NCBI GenBank assembly: GCA_034226945.1
Contig: CP120453.1
Span: forward strand, 1,364,001 to 1,428,000
Source of the DNA: Picochlorum sp. SENEW3
Taxonomy: Eukaryota
Direction of reading: 5' to 3'
DNA: 64,000 bases
Below the pieces are notes generated by a model. The model made no database searches. It saw only the letters and a program-made list of their open reading frames with translations, and was not told where the DNA came from. The position numbers were made by a program, and so were the translations under genes. Positions 44,833 through 55,007 of the stretch are shown here, piece after piece; position 1 is the first letter of the stretch; every line of letters starts with the position of its first letter.

Positions 44833-46620
44833 ATGGAGAACAAGAATAAATCTGAGGTGGATGGGGAGAACCCAGAGCCCATCTACAGCTTGAGGAGTGT
44901 TGAGCATGGTGAGGAGGCGCTTGCCCTTGCCAAGTCGATGACAAGTTTATCCGACATGTCCGAGACAGATGTTGCCATCATGTCTCGTATGACATCTGAA
45001 GATCATGATCTTATTACACCGGAAAAGCCAAGCAAGAATTGGTTCATGTTTGCCATCAATTGGTGGTTGAGTTGGGCCATTCCAGGTATGGGGATGTTTT
45101 CAGAAGCATACATCCTCTTTGCCATTGGAAACATCAAACCCTTGCTCAGAATCATGTATCCCAACTGTTGGGGAAAAGCCACCCCAACTGATTGCGATAC
45201 ATCTGTTGTGGGTGATATTGAAACAATTGAAATTTGCGGAATTATTGGTGGTATGTTGATTCTTGGTTTCTCAGCTGACTGGATTGGAAGGAAATGGGGA
45301 AGCAGGCTCTGCACCTCCATTATGATTTTCGGGTCAATTCTTCTGACTGCTGCTTCTGGATCTGCGACAGCATTCTTGGTTGTCTTCGCAACAGGTCTCT
45401 GCTCGTTTGGCTTTGGTGTCGGTGGAGAATATCCTCTGGCATCTTCAAGTGCTGCAGAAAGGGCTGAGGGTAACCCTGCAATGAGAAAGAGAAGAGGAGA
45501 GACTGTTGTGCTCACATTCACTCAGCAGGGATGGGGTAATTGGTCCAATACTTTGGTGATCCTGATTCTTCTTGCAATGGTTGGAGCTACTGGAAATGAT
45601 CCAACTTCAAATGATGCTTCCATTGTAATCCATGTGCAATTTGCTGTGGCTCTTGCTATTCTCCTGGGATTAGCTGTGTACAGGTTTACCAAGTTGAAGG
45701 AAAGTGCCGTATGGGAAGCTGAGCGCAAAGGTGTGGATAAAGAGATGGAAATTGAAGGGGAGAAGGACAACACCAGAAAATTGTACTGGCTCATTTTCAA
45801 GAGAAACTGGTCCAGACTCTTGGTCACTTCTGGAGCTTGGGTTGTGAATGACTTGGCATTCTATGGCAATAAACTGTTCCAATCCAAGTTTATTGCTGTC
45901 ATCTCTGGGGGCGATGCCACAATCTACAAGAACATGCAGTGGACTTTGCTCAATTCAACGGTTGCCCTCGCTGGATATTTTTGTGCTGCATTCCTTGTGG
46001 ACAAGCCCTGGTATGGTAGAGTACGCATGCAGGCAATTGGATTTTCCATGATGTTCATCCTCTTTTTGATGTGCGGAATTTTCTATAATCAGTTGGTGGA
46101 AGACCACATTCATGTGTTCCAGTTCCTCTACTTTTTCAGTTCCTTCTGGAACCAATTCGGTCCAAACGCAACTACCTGGCTTGTGGCTGGTGAAGTGTTC
46201 CCAACAGATGTCAGAGCCTTTTATCACGGTACAAGTGCTGCCTTTGGAAAGGCAGGTGCTATTGCTGCGAGTCAAATTTTCAACAGAATTTCCGAGAGAG
46301 CGACGTTTTATGTCTCAGCAGGTGCCGGAGCTTTTGGAGCAATCATCACCATTCTCCTTCTCCCAGATACGACTGGATTGGACCTAGCTGAGATTGATAG
46401 ACTCAACAGATATCTCCTCGCAGGAAAGGAAAAGGAGTATCATGGTGAGGCCGTGAACCCAAAGCATATGTCATTGTTTGAAAAGATGCTTGGCTGGCAT
46501 AAAGCATATGACCCAGTCATTGATGAAGAACAACGCACCCTCCAGAATTTCATGAGCACCAAGAGCCAGCCGCTCGATACCATTGCAGAAGATAAAGGAA
46601 TTCCCGGTGTTAATAACTAA
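44833..46620 (+). CDS. Proton/phosphate symporter (MFS; PHT1/Pho84/PTA family)
   Basis: AD.IGRK, GFGVGGEYPLAS, D.AFYG and FGPNATT.LV.GEVFPT.VR...HG.SAA.GK.G motifs; about 12 TM segments. Confidence 0.92.
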   Translation: MENKNKSEVDGENPEPIYSLRSVEHGEEALALAKSMTSLSDMSETDVAIMSRMTSEDHDLITPEKPSKNWFMFAINWWLSWAIPGMGMFSEAYILFAIGNIKPLLRIMYPNCWGKATPTDCDTSVVGDIETIEICGIIGGMLILGFSADWIGRKWGSRLCTSIMIFGSILLTAASGSATAFLVVFATGLCSFGFGVGGEYPLASSSAAERAEGNPAMRKRRGETVVLTFTQQGWGNWSNTLVILILLAMVGATGNDPTSNDASIVIHVQFAVALAILLGLAVYRFTKLKESAVWEAERKGVDKEMEIEGEKDNTRKLYWLIFKRNWSRLLVTSGAWVVNDLAFYGNKLFQSKFIAVISGGDATIYKNMQWTLLNSTVALAGYFCAAFLVDKPWYGRVRMQAIGFSMMFILFLMCGIFYNQLVEDHIHVFQFLYFFSSFWNQFGPNATTWLVAGEVFPTDVRAFYHGTSAAFGKAGAIAASQIFNRISERATFYVSAGAGAFGAIITILLLPDTTGLDLAEIDRLNRYLLAGKEKEYHGEAVNPKHMSLFEKMLGWHKAYDPVIDEEQRTLQNFMSTKSQPLDTIAEDKGIPGVNN

Positions 46621-47320
46621 TGTCATTTTATGCATTCTGTGGATGATGAGTGTACTCATCTTGTCTATTGTAGCACATATTTCTCGTCTTGTTTTAATTC
46701 TTGTATACAACTGTCAGTCTGGTCGTGAACATAAAGAAACCCATCTGTAACACGTATTATACTACATATGAGTATTAGTGTTCAATCACATCATCAATCG
46801 CGAGTCAACACATACTAGTGTCATCCGAGTGCAGTACAGTACACAAAGGAGTCAACCAATTGGAAGGCCTTTGCCCAGTCGAGAATCCGGAGAATCTCTT
46901 CTAGGAAGATGAGAGAGCATCTACCAGAAGATTCCGTTCGGCAAGAGCATCGATGAACGATATGCGCTCTATCCAAGGATACCATTGACCGGAGAGGATG
47001 ATTCTTCTTCCGGAAAGGAATCTTTCATCGCCTCCTCAGCGGCACATAATATGTACACAACAACCAAAAGCAACACATCTAAACAATTGTCAGCGTACGT
47101 AAAAGGTATGAATCCGATCTTTCCTGTATGAGTGATTGCCGATCGACAGACCAGCGGTTTATGTACGGTTACGGCCTTTAACAAGGCTGCAGAGGTTTTC
47201 TTCTCTGTCCATGTATCTGTCACAGCAGGATCATCTGCGCGTATGATATATAATGCTTTGAAAATGACATAATTCATTACAAGTAAACATGCGATGGATC
47301 TGTGCAGAACTCAACACATC

Positions 47321-47986
47321 ATGATTGCCAGGATTGCCGTAGTGCTTGTAGCCTTTCTGGCTGCTGCAAACGCCCAACTCGGGACTGCCAACTTCACACT
47401 TGTCAGCGGGGCTGTTTCTCCAGGAGCAGGTGGTTCTTTGGTTCTGACTCCTCCAACTAACCAGGACGATGTTGGAGAGATCATCTTCTACAACCTTATT
47501 GTAGAAAATTTGGTGGACTTTACCTCCTCTCAGATCCTCATGAATGGAGAAATTGTGGTTGCAGTTGCACCAACCGATACAGATGTTGATAATGCAGACT
47601 ACTCTGGAATCATCACCTACGGCGAGGATGACGAAAACCCATCCTCCGATGTGGAGACTGCCACTGTTGATGGGGTTGAGATTTTGCAGTACAAGGATGG
47701 TGTGACATTTAATGGAAAGGCAAGGATTTCCTCCTCCTTCTCCGCCGATGATCTTATGGGACCAATGGAAGGAAAGACAATTGCTGATTTTGAGTCTGCC
47801 ATGGCAGCTGGAGAGCTCACAGCTGTGGTAAGGACAGCAGCCTATCCAAAGGGGCTTCTCACTGGTGACCTCAAGGCCACCTCTGCAAGCAACCCAGCCG
47901 CTGAGGCAATTATTTCAGAGAAGAGCTCTGCATCCAAGACTGTTCTGTCTATTGGAGCAGGTGTCGCAGCTCTCTTCGCTTTCTAA
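47321..47986 (+). CDS. Secreted, probably GPI- or membrane-anchored protein with a degenerate CHRD-like domain
   Basis: Signal peptide MIARIAVVLVAFLAAANA; L.GPM.GK....F...M..G.L...V.T..YP.G...G.L resembles the CHRD C-terminus; hydrophobic tail. Confidence 0.7.
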   Translation: MIARIAVVLVAFLAAANAQLGTANFTLVSGAVSPGAGGSLVLTPPTNQDDVGEIIFYNLIVENLVDFTSSQILMNGEIVVAVAPTDTDVDNADYSGIITYGEDDENPSSDVETATVDGVEILQYKDGVTFNGKARISSSFSADDLMGPMEGKTIADFESAMAAGELTAVVRTAAYPKGLLTGDLKATSASNPAAEAIISEKSSASKTVLSIGAGVAALFAF

Positions 47987-48331
47987 AAATTCTTCAGGGC
48001 ACAAGGGTTAGGCCTCATCTGATTGCATATGACATTCAATATTTCGGAATACATGTCCCACATGCAGCATGAAAGCTGTGGATTTTGTAACAGCATATTC
48101 CCTTACAGAGGTGTTTTTCGAATTCTTTCTTCTCGCAAGAACTCCCGTCCTGTAATTCTCCTGGAGCTGTGGATCCAGTTGTATCAGGAGAAGGAATCTG
48201 GAAATTCGAATCTAGGAATTCATGCCGATCAGCATACAATGGCGACTACAGTGACGATAAAATTATTATTTTTTGTAATACGACTGCTATTGAGATTCAT
48301 TGGTAGTAATAATAGAGCTCCGAGTCGCTGA

Positions 48332-50065
48332 ATGGGGATTTCTATTCAGGGTTTCGGTAGAAAGAGTGATTTCATGAGAGCAGGATATCAACTCAGACGA
48401 GTGGTGTCGATTCAAAACTCAAGTTATAGATTCAGTCGCTTTACGTCGATGATCGGTGCAAAGCGAAGCGTGACGGAGAGGGAGGGAGAGGAGTTTATGC
48501 CCCCTCCCCCTCGTCCAGAGCAAGGGACCTCTGTGTGGGAGATTGAGAGTGCATACAGTCCATTGGAGGTCCCTCGGAGGATATTTTGCAATCGATCCCT
48601 GAATATGGGTTCTATCAAAGCAGTTGGATTCGATATGGATTACACGCTTGCGTCGTACAAGCCTGAGACCTTTGAAACACTTGCTCATGAGCAGACAGTT
48701 GACAAGTTAGTAAAGCACTTTGGATATCCCAAGGCATTGTACGATCTAATGTTCGATTATAGATATATGACACGAGGTCTTGTGATCGATAAAGAGCGGG
48801 GGAATGTACTGAAAGTGGATCGTCACAAATATGTCAAGCTTGCGTATCATGGGTTTACGCCGTTGAGTCGTGAAGAGCGAATGGATCAGTATAATACTGC
48901 AGGTCCTCAGTTTGATTTTGAGGAACCAGAGTTTGCACTCATTGATACATTGTTTTCTTTGGCAGAAGCATACTTGTTCATGCAGCTAGTCGAGATGAAG
49001 GATGCTGCAGTTGCAGGGTTTCCCCTTGCGAAATCGTATTCCGAGTTGTACAGGGAAGTGCGTGGTGCAGTAGATTTGTGCCATAGAGATGGATCGATTA
49101 AAAGAGAAGTAGCCAAGACGCCTGAAAAGTACTTGTATAGTGACCCAGGAATAGTGACTGTGCTGAACATGATTCGTGAGAGTGGGAAGAAGGTTTTTCT
49201 GGCGACGAATTCTTTGTTCGACTACACGCATGTTGTCATGAATTGGTTGATCGAGCAAAAGTCAGGAAAGGATCGAGACGAGAAATGGCTGTCGTATTTT
49301 GATGTCGTAGTAACGGGATGTGGGAAGCCGCGTTTCTTTACGGAGCGAAAAGATTTGTTTGAAGTGCAGCCAAGCACATTTACTCTTTTGAATACAGAAG
49401 GTGGATCTCCAATGATTCCGATTGGTGAGGATGATTTGCCGTCTCAACTATTGGGTTCTACTGCACCTGAAGGATGCGACCATGTCCATGCAAAAGATGG
49501 TAGGGCGAGGGTCTTCCAGGGTGGATCATACATTGATTTGCACAAAATGCTGGGTGTTCGTCCTGGTGGTGAAGTCCTCTATGTTGGCGATCACATCTAT
49601 GGGGATGTTCTTCGATCCAAAAAGGATCTGGGGTGGAGGACATTACTTGTGATTCCAGAACTTGAAACGGAGTTGCACAAAATGGCGAGTCTTCAGAGTC
49701 AATTTGAAGAGCTCAGCCGTCTCAGACAACAACGCTCAGCCATTGATGATCAGCTTCAGCGATTGGAATGGAAGTTGGAAAACGGTAACACAGAGGACAC
49801 AGCAGGCCTTAAATACATAACAAATAATTTCAGGGAACAAAGTGATTCAATTCGAGCACGACACAAACAATTGTTGAAGGAATACCACGAAGCCTTCCAC
49901 CCTATCTGGGGCCAGTTAATGAAGACAGGGTACAAAAATTCCAGATATGCCCACCAGACAGAGCGTTTTGCGTGCATTTATACAAGCCATGTCAGCAATC
50001 TTATGTTTTACTCCCCCATGAATAAGTTCAAAGCACGAATGGACTCGATGGCACATGACATGTAA
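48332..50065 (+). CDS. HAD-superfamily subfamily IG 5'-nucleotidase
   Basis: IFCNRSL, GFDMDYTLA, RGLVID...GN.LK.D, FL.TNS, KP.FF and LYVGDHIYGDV..SKK..GWRT motifs. Confidence 0.94.
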   Translation: MGISIQGFGRKSDFMRAGYQLRRVVSIQNSSYRFSRFTSMIGAKRSVTEREGEEFMPPPPRPEQGTSVWEIESAYSPLEVPRRIFCNRSLNMGSIKAVGFDMDYTLASYKPETFETLAHEQTVDKLVKHFGYPKALYDLMFDYRYMTRGLVIDKERGNVLKVDRHKYVKLAYHGFTPLSREERMDQYNTAGPQFDFEEPEFALIDTLFSLAEAYLFMQLVEMKDAAVAGFPLAKSYSELYREVRGAVDLCHRDGSIKREVAKTPEKYLYSDPGIVTVLNMIRESGKKVFLATNSLFDYTHVVMNWLIEQKSGKDRDEKWLSYFDVVVTGCGKPRFFTERKDLFEVQPSTFTLLNTEGGSPMIPIGEDDLPSQLLGSTAPEGCDHVHAKDGRARVFQGGSYIDLHKMLGVRPGGEVLYVGDHIYGDVLRSKKDLGWRTLLVIPELETELHKMASLQSQFEELSRLRQQRSAIDDQLQRLEWKLENGNTEDTAGLKYITNNFREQSDSIRARHKQLLKEYHEAFHPIWGQLMKTGYKNSRYAHQTERFACIYTSHVSNLMFYSPMNKFKARMDSMAHDM

Positions 50066-50079
50066 CTTTTATGATGATG

Positions 50080-51372
50080 TCATGCCCCAACTGGAATCAG
50101 TTGGTACAATGACAACCCAATTTCCATTGCAATCAACACAATGATGATCCACTCAAGGAAATCGCTCTTTCTGTTCTGTAAGATTTCCAAAAAATACTTC
50201 AAATTATCCTGAATGAGATTCAACTTCATATCCAAAGTTTCAAACCTGGTCTCAATCTCCAATTCAGTTCTTGCAAAATCCCACACATGACCATACTTTG
50301 CATCTTTCCACGCAATATCATACCGCTCATGCACCCCTAATTTTGATATAATCTCCGTCATCACGATATTATTCTCAGCAACGAGTTGCAACAACACCTG
50401 CTTGTTCAATTTGCTTATATTTGCCGTCTCCATCATTTCCTGATTCAGAGAACAGAATGTCTCTAGGGTCCTCTCTACATGGTTTGAGTAGTAATCTAAC
50501 GCAACACTCTGAGACAGAACGGTCGAAATAACGTGCATATTTCGCAAGTCCATCCTCTGAAAGGCCATACAATCCGGGTCCAGTTTACTCCAGGCAGTTA
50601 ATTGAGGGTCCACCGACAGCGTAAACTCCTCTGTGTACTTTGTATCCACAACAGGGTCAACCACAACTTGCTGCAGCAGCGACAAACATTCATTCTTCAG
50701 CTCGTCCGGAGTATCAAAAAACACTGCCGAACCATAGGTCGTGACTCCCATGTATGGCCCAAAAGGCACTTGATCACTGTCCCGATGGGATGCCAATAAT
50801 GATGCCCCAGACTCTTTGGGGGACATTGATAATGGAGATGAAGTAGCAGGACCATCAGATCTACGACCATCTAAAGAAGGCCGCAGTCCGATCAACGCAG
50901 ATCCTTTGTGAATCGCCTTGAAATGATTCTTAAAATCCTCCAGATTCAGCAAATCATACATTCGTATCATGGAACCCACATATGTGGCTTCCACACGAAA
51001 CATCCTTTTCCCCCAGGATCCTTTTTCTACAGTCCTGTCACTTCCATGTACATCTGCTACACTCGTGCCCAAGAACCTCTGCTGCAATGTAGTATTATGT
51101 AGCATTGAAAAGAGAGACTTGCTATTTTGGTTCTTCCTTCCACTCACTTCTTCCACTCCTCGCCTACATGGCGATTGCCTCAAAGCATCGTATGCAGCAT
51201 TTGATGTATGAATATATGAAGAAATAATACCAAGGCCAAATCGAGACATCGGTGCTCCTTGTGACATGTGACATGTCGCTGGTGACATGCCACGGAGCAC
51301 AGAAGCGACAGGTCTCGCCACCGTGGATGTACTAAGACTATCTATATGCTTATATAATGCTATTCGATTCAT
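50080..51372 (-). CDS. RMD1/RMND1 (DUF155) family protein, probably mitochondrial
   Basis: YGSAVFF, LSQSVALDYY, ELEI..RF..LD.KL and LEWIIIVLIA.EI motifs; presequence-like N-terminus. Confidence 0.88.
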   Translation of the reverse strand: MNRIALYKHIDSLSTSTVARPVASVLRGMSPATCHMSQGAPMSRFGLGIISSYIHTSNAAYDALRQSPCRRGVEEVSGRKNQNSKSLFSMLHNTTLQQRFLGTSVADVHGSDRTVEKGSWGKRMFRVEATYVGSMIRMYDLLNLEDFKNHFKAIHKGSALIGLRPSLDGRRSDGPATSSPLSMSPKESGASLLASHRDSDQVPFGPYMGVTTYGSAVFFDTPDELKNECLSLLQQVVVDPVVDTKYTEEFTLSVDPQLTAWSKLDPDCMAFQRMDLRNMHVISTVLSQSVALDYYSNHVERTLETFCSLNQEMMETANISKLNKQVLLQLVAENNIVMTEIISKLGVHERYDIAWKDAKYGHVWDFARTELEIETRFETLDMKLNLIQDNLKYFLEILQNRKSDFLEWIIIVLIAMEIGLSLYQLIPVGA

Positions 51373-52087
51373 CAGGGAAAATATAATGCTATATTACAAC
51401 AATATGGCTCTGTCTCTGTCTCTCCTCCCCAGGTGTAGGGTGCACGAGTGCATCTATTGACTCAATGGCATTGGCAACATGTATGCCATTCATCTGTCGC
51501 TATAGCATTCGTATGACTACAGAACAAGCCCCACGTCTCACTCATTCCTTCGCTTGGAGCATACATTGCTTTATTCAATGGTGTTGACAACTCTAGTACA
51601 TCAGTCACATGTGGAATCAGAACCACCTCAGCCGAGTCAGTTGAGGCCAAGGACACGTATACATTCTAGGATCACTGACACCGTGCATGGCATCATGTGA
51701 TACATATATATCCTCAGCCAGTGATTTCATCATCAGGTACAAGGTTTCACTAGTACTGCATGCAGGCATGAAGATACCAATTCTAAAGATTCTATACACA
51801 AAGGAACGTGTGATGCTCATGTATCGGATCCAACCATGGTGTATTTCAAATAACATGCCTTATGGTGGTGGATGAGAGGGCGCCAGGAGACACTGTGAGT
51901 CGCGCGTGATTTTGAATCATGTACAATGATTCGGGAAACCCCTACTCTATATTCGCCATACGATCTAGCCATCCGCGAGGCATTGGGTTTATCCAATACA
52001 AACAATTATTTGCAAAATTCTCATCTTTTTTATTCGTGTATATAGTATACATCGGTGTGACATCGGTTTTCTGCTTTCTGAATCAGG

Positions 52088-52630
52088 ATGAAGTTTTCTC
52101 TACTCGGGACAAGCCTCCTTCTCGGCGCCGCGTTGCAGGGAGTCCGCGGACAGGATGACAACAAGTACTGCGTGACAGAGGCCAGAGCTACTGATATCAT
52201 TCGTCTCTGGGATGAAGAACTGGGTGAGACCAAACTCTCCAAGGTCATCATCCCAACCTGTGACGACAAGGGGTGGAGCCAGATTGAGAGAAACCAGCAA
52301 AACGTGAGGTCCGACATGTGGAACCAGGCTGCTGATGTCCTCACAGAAGAGTTCCAACCAACTCTTGCCGTTCAGGTAGGAGACGCTGAGGACTATCTTT
52401 GTCCAGACGGTATCAAGTGGTACACGGTGAACGACTTCAAGGGATGCGCCTTGGATGATGGACAGAGCTGGGAGTACCGCGGCAAGACATACAAGGCTGA
52501 GGGCAACAAGGGTGTCATGACTGTGGGTATGACACTTTCCTACGTATGCAATGGATCTGCAAGAAGAAAGGACGTCGGCCTCAGTTATTCCACCGTGACA
52601 AAGACTGACTGCCGCCCAAACAATAACTAG
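52088..52630 (+). CDS. Secreted hypothetical protein (180 aa, 6 Cys)
   Basis: Signal peptide MKFSLLGTSLLLGAALQGVRG; coding-like codon bias; no family recognised. Confidence 0.75.
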   Translation: MKFSLLGTSLLLGAALQGVRGQDDNKYCVTEARATDIIRLWDEELGETKLSKVIIPTCDDKGWSQIERNQQNVRSDMWNQAADVLTEEFQPTLAVQVGDAEDYLCPDGIKWYTVNDFKGCALDDGQSWEYRGKTYKAEGNKGVMTVGMTLSYVCNGSARRKDVGLSYSTVTKTDCRPNNN

Positions 52631-53078
52631 GGTGAGACTGACTGCCAATGAAAAGTGTGTGTGTCTCCCGTGGAAAGAAGAAGGACAGGATTGTGTTTCC
52701 TTGACAGGATCATCAAACATACGTGACTCTATGTAAGACTGCACATCTTCTTCGACGTATCATCATGCATTTCCAAATGCCCATCATCCTGTAGAGATAT
52801 CTCTACATAAGGATAAGGAAGATTGATCTCTTGAGATGAGAAATCTTCTTCTCAAACACAAGCTTGTGTGCTTGCAAGCATGGTACCAGAGAGAGTTGGT
52901 TCTCATCAACCTATGAGTTTCGCCACCCCTCAGGGTGGTTTATAAAACCAAATTGAACTGTATTTGTACTTGTTGATAGTATAGAAGGAATTGATAGTAC
53001 AAACAGCGTCGATTGCATTGCCATCCCATTATTTCCTTGTTTTGTTTCCTTTTCCTTTGGTAATGGTATACGAATGCC

Positions 53079-54163
53079 ATGGCAGATGAATTGGAATTAG
53101 AATTGGATTATGAGGAGGATTATGAAGATGTAGAGCGAGTAGTAGACCACGGTCCGGAGAATGGGAATAGCCCAGCTGCGAGAGACGCAGAACTGAAAAC
53201 TGATGATCGGAATGGCGATGCAGAAACAAGTAGTGAGGAGGAGGAAGAACGGGAATATTATCGGCGAGGGGAGGGGCCTCGAGATGAGGATGATCGTCGT
53301 CGTGGCAGGTTTGAAGAGGACAAGGACTGGGTAGGTGTTTGTTTGTGTGGTACATCATGAAATAAGACACCTCGTGATGTGTTTGTGTGACCATATGAGA
53401 GGAATGAATGATTTTTTTATGTTTCATGCGCATGTAGGATGGGCAAAGGCGGGGAGACAGGTCCCGCGATGAGGGGTACAGGTATTGGAATGGTGGACAG
53501 AGTCGTGGGCAGGGGAGGCCTGGTTGGAGTCAACCACGCCATCAACCTTCTTCTTCTTCTGCCGCTGCTGCTATGCGTCGACCCTCTCATCCCCCTCCTC
53601 CTCCTCGGCCCCCTCCTTTTTCGGGACCCCCTTCATCTCTTCATCAGCCTCCACCTCCGCCTCCTCCTGGAGCGAGAGCAGGGCAGCATCACCTGCCTGG
53701 AGGTATGGCGGACGCATATCATGACCATGGCATGATGATGATGATGCAACCTGGTGATCCAATGGGGTGGCATGGTGGGTATGCTCCTGTGCGCAAGAGA
53801 AAGAAGATGGCATATGTTCGGCCAGCGGATGCATTGCCTGGAAAAGAGGGGGAAGAGAACAGGGAAGGCATGCCTGAGGAAAGCGAGGAGGAGAAGAAGG
53901 CAAAAAAATTGGCTTCAATTAGGGCTATGCGAGAAGCACAAGCTGCAAAGAATAGAGCGTTGGCTGAAAAGAGGGAGGAAAAGATCAAGCAAATGAATGT
54001 ATTGCAAGAACGGAAGCGTAAGCTTGTAGAAGAGAAAAAGAAGAGAATGGAGGAGCTGCAGTTGAAACGAGATGCTGTACTAGCTGCAAAAGAGGCAGAA
54101 CTGCAAGAACTTCGACAGAAATTGGCAGAGAAGAAGCAGGAGCAGCACACTGGAGAGGCCTGA
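53079..54163 (+). CDS. Low-complexity protein (acidic/RD-rich, Pro-rich, C-terminal coiled coil); exons 53079..53330 and 53438..54163
   Basis: Intron 53331..53437 (GTAGGT...TGTAG) joins the two ORFs in phase 0. Confidence 0.75.
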
Positions 54164-54414
54164 CTGATGTCTCGTACAATGGATTCCCGCCTGTGCGTTG
54201 CCGATCGGTCATTGATGAAGTTTCACGGGAGGGACAGTGTCGACTGGAATGTATCTATGCCTCCCATCATTCGCATCCTTCCACCGGTGGATCATATCGT
54301 CGTTGCGGATAAAATCTGAGTTTGATCCTATCCAACCTTGTTCATCCAATAGAGTACATCCCCCGTATTCAATATCTACTTACATTTGATCACTTGTAAA
54401 CAGAACTAATCACA

Positions 54415-54841
54415 ATGCAGACCGTAGCCATGATCCAGTCCGCTCGCCCAGCTGTTGCCGTCCGCCCGGCTCGCAAGTCCGTGTGCGTCAAGGCATCCGC
54501 ACAGGCTCCAAAGGTGCGTTCATCTATCAAAATCAGAGTAAATAGGAAACATTAGAACGGGCGATCGCCTCTCATCGTCGCGTGTGAAGGAGCTAATGTC
54601 ATGTAACAGTTGATTCGCTCTTTGTGTTTGACGCTGTCGAGTTCTGTGGTTGATACGGTGCTGATTTATTCATATGTAGGCTCCAAAGCAGCAGAAGGCT
54701 GCTTTCGCCACCTTGGCTGCCTTCGCCGCTGCTGCTCTCCTCACCACTGCTACCCCAGCTCAGGCTGATGTCAAGAGCACCGTGTGCGCCTCTAACGCCA
54801 CTGCCAAGATCTGCCTCAAGAACTCTGCCAAGAAGAATTGA
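54415..54841 (+). CDS. PsbTn: Nuclear-encoded photosystem II 5-kDa extrinsic protein PsbTn (86-aa precursor); exons 54415..54513 and 54680..54841
   Basis: Read by hand; absent from the ORF track. Bipartite transit peptide ending AQA; mature DVKSTVCASNATAKICLKNSAKKN with the VCxxxxTAKIC disulfide motif. Confidence 0.85.
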
Positions 54842-55007
54842 AAAAAGCGTGGTTTTCCATGTGTAGAGGAGGACGTGGCCAGAAGAGTTAGTGTTTAGGG
54901 TGATTGTGTGTTTGCCTGATTCTTCATGTATTGTGGTATTGTGCACACAATGTAACTCAAAATATATACAGCAATGTACAAGTATACATGGTTATGTTCA
55001 TACGTAT

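Noticed and set aside
54205..54325. Possible box C/D snoRNA (TGATGA...CATTCGCA...CTGA, superficially U14-like)
   Set aside because: No terminal stem, and the U14 domain-B antisense element is not intact; more likely PsbTn promoter sequence.
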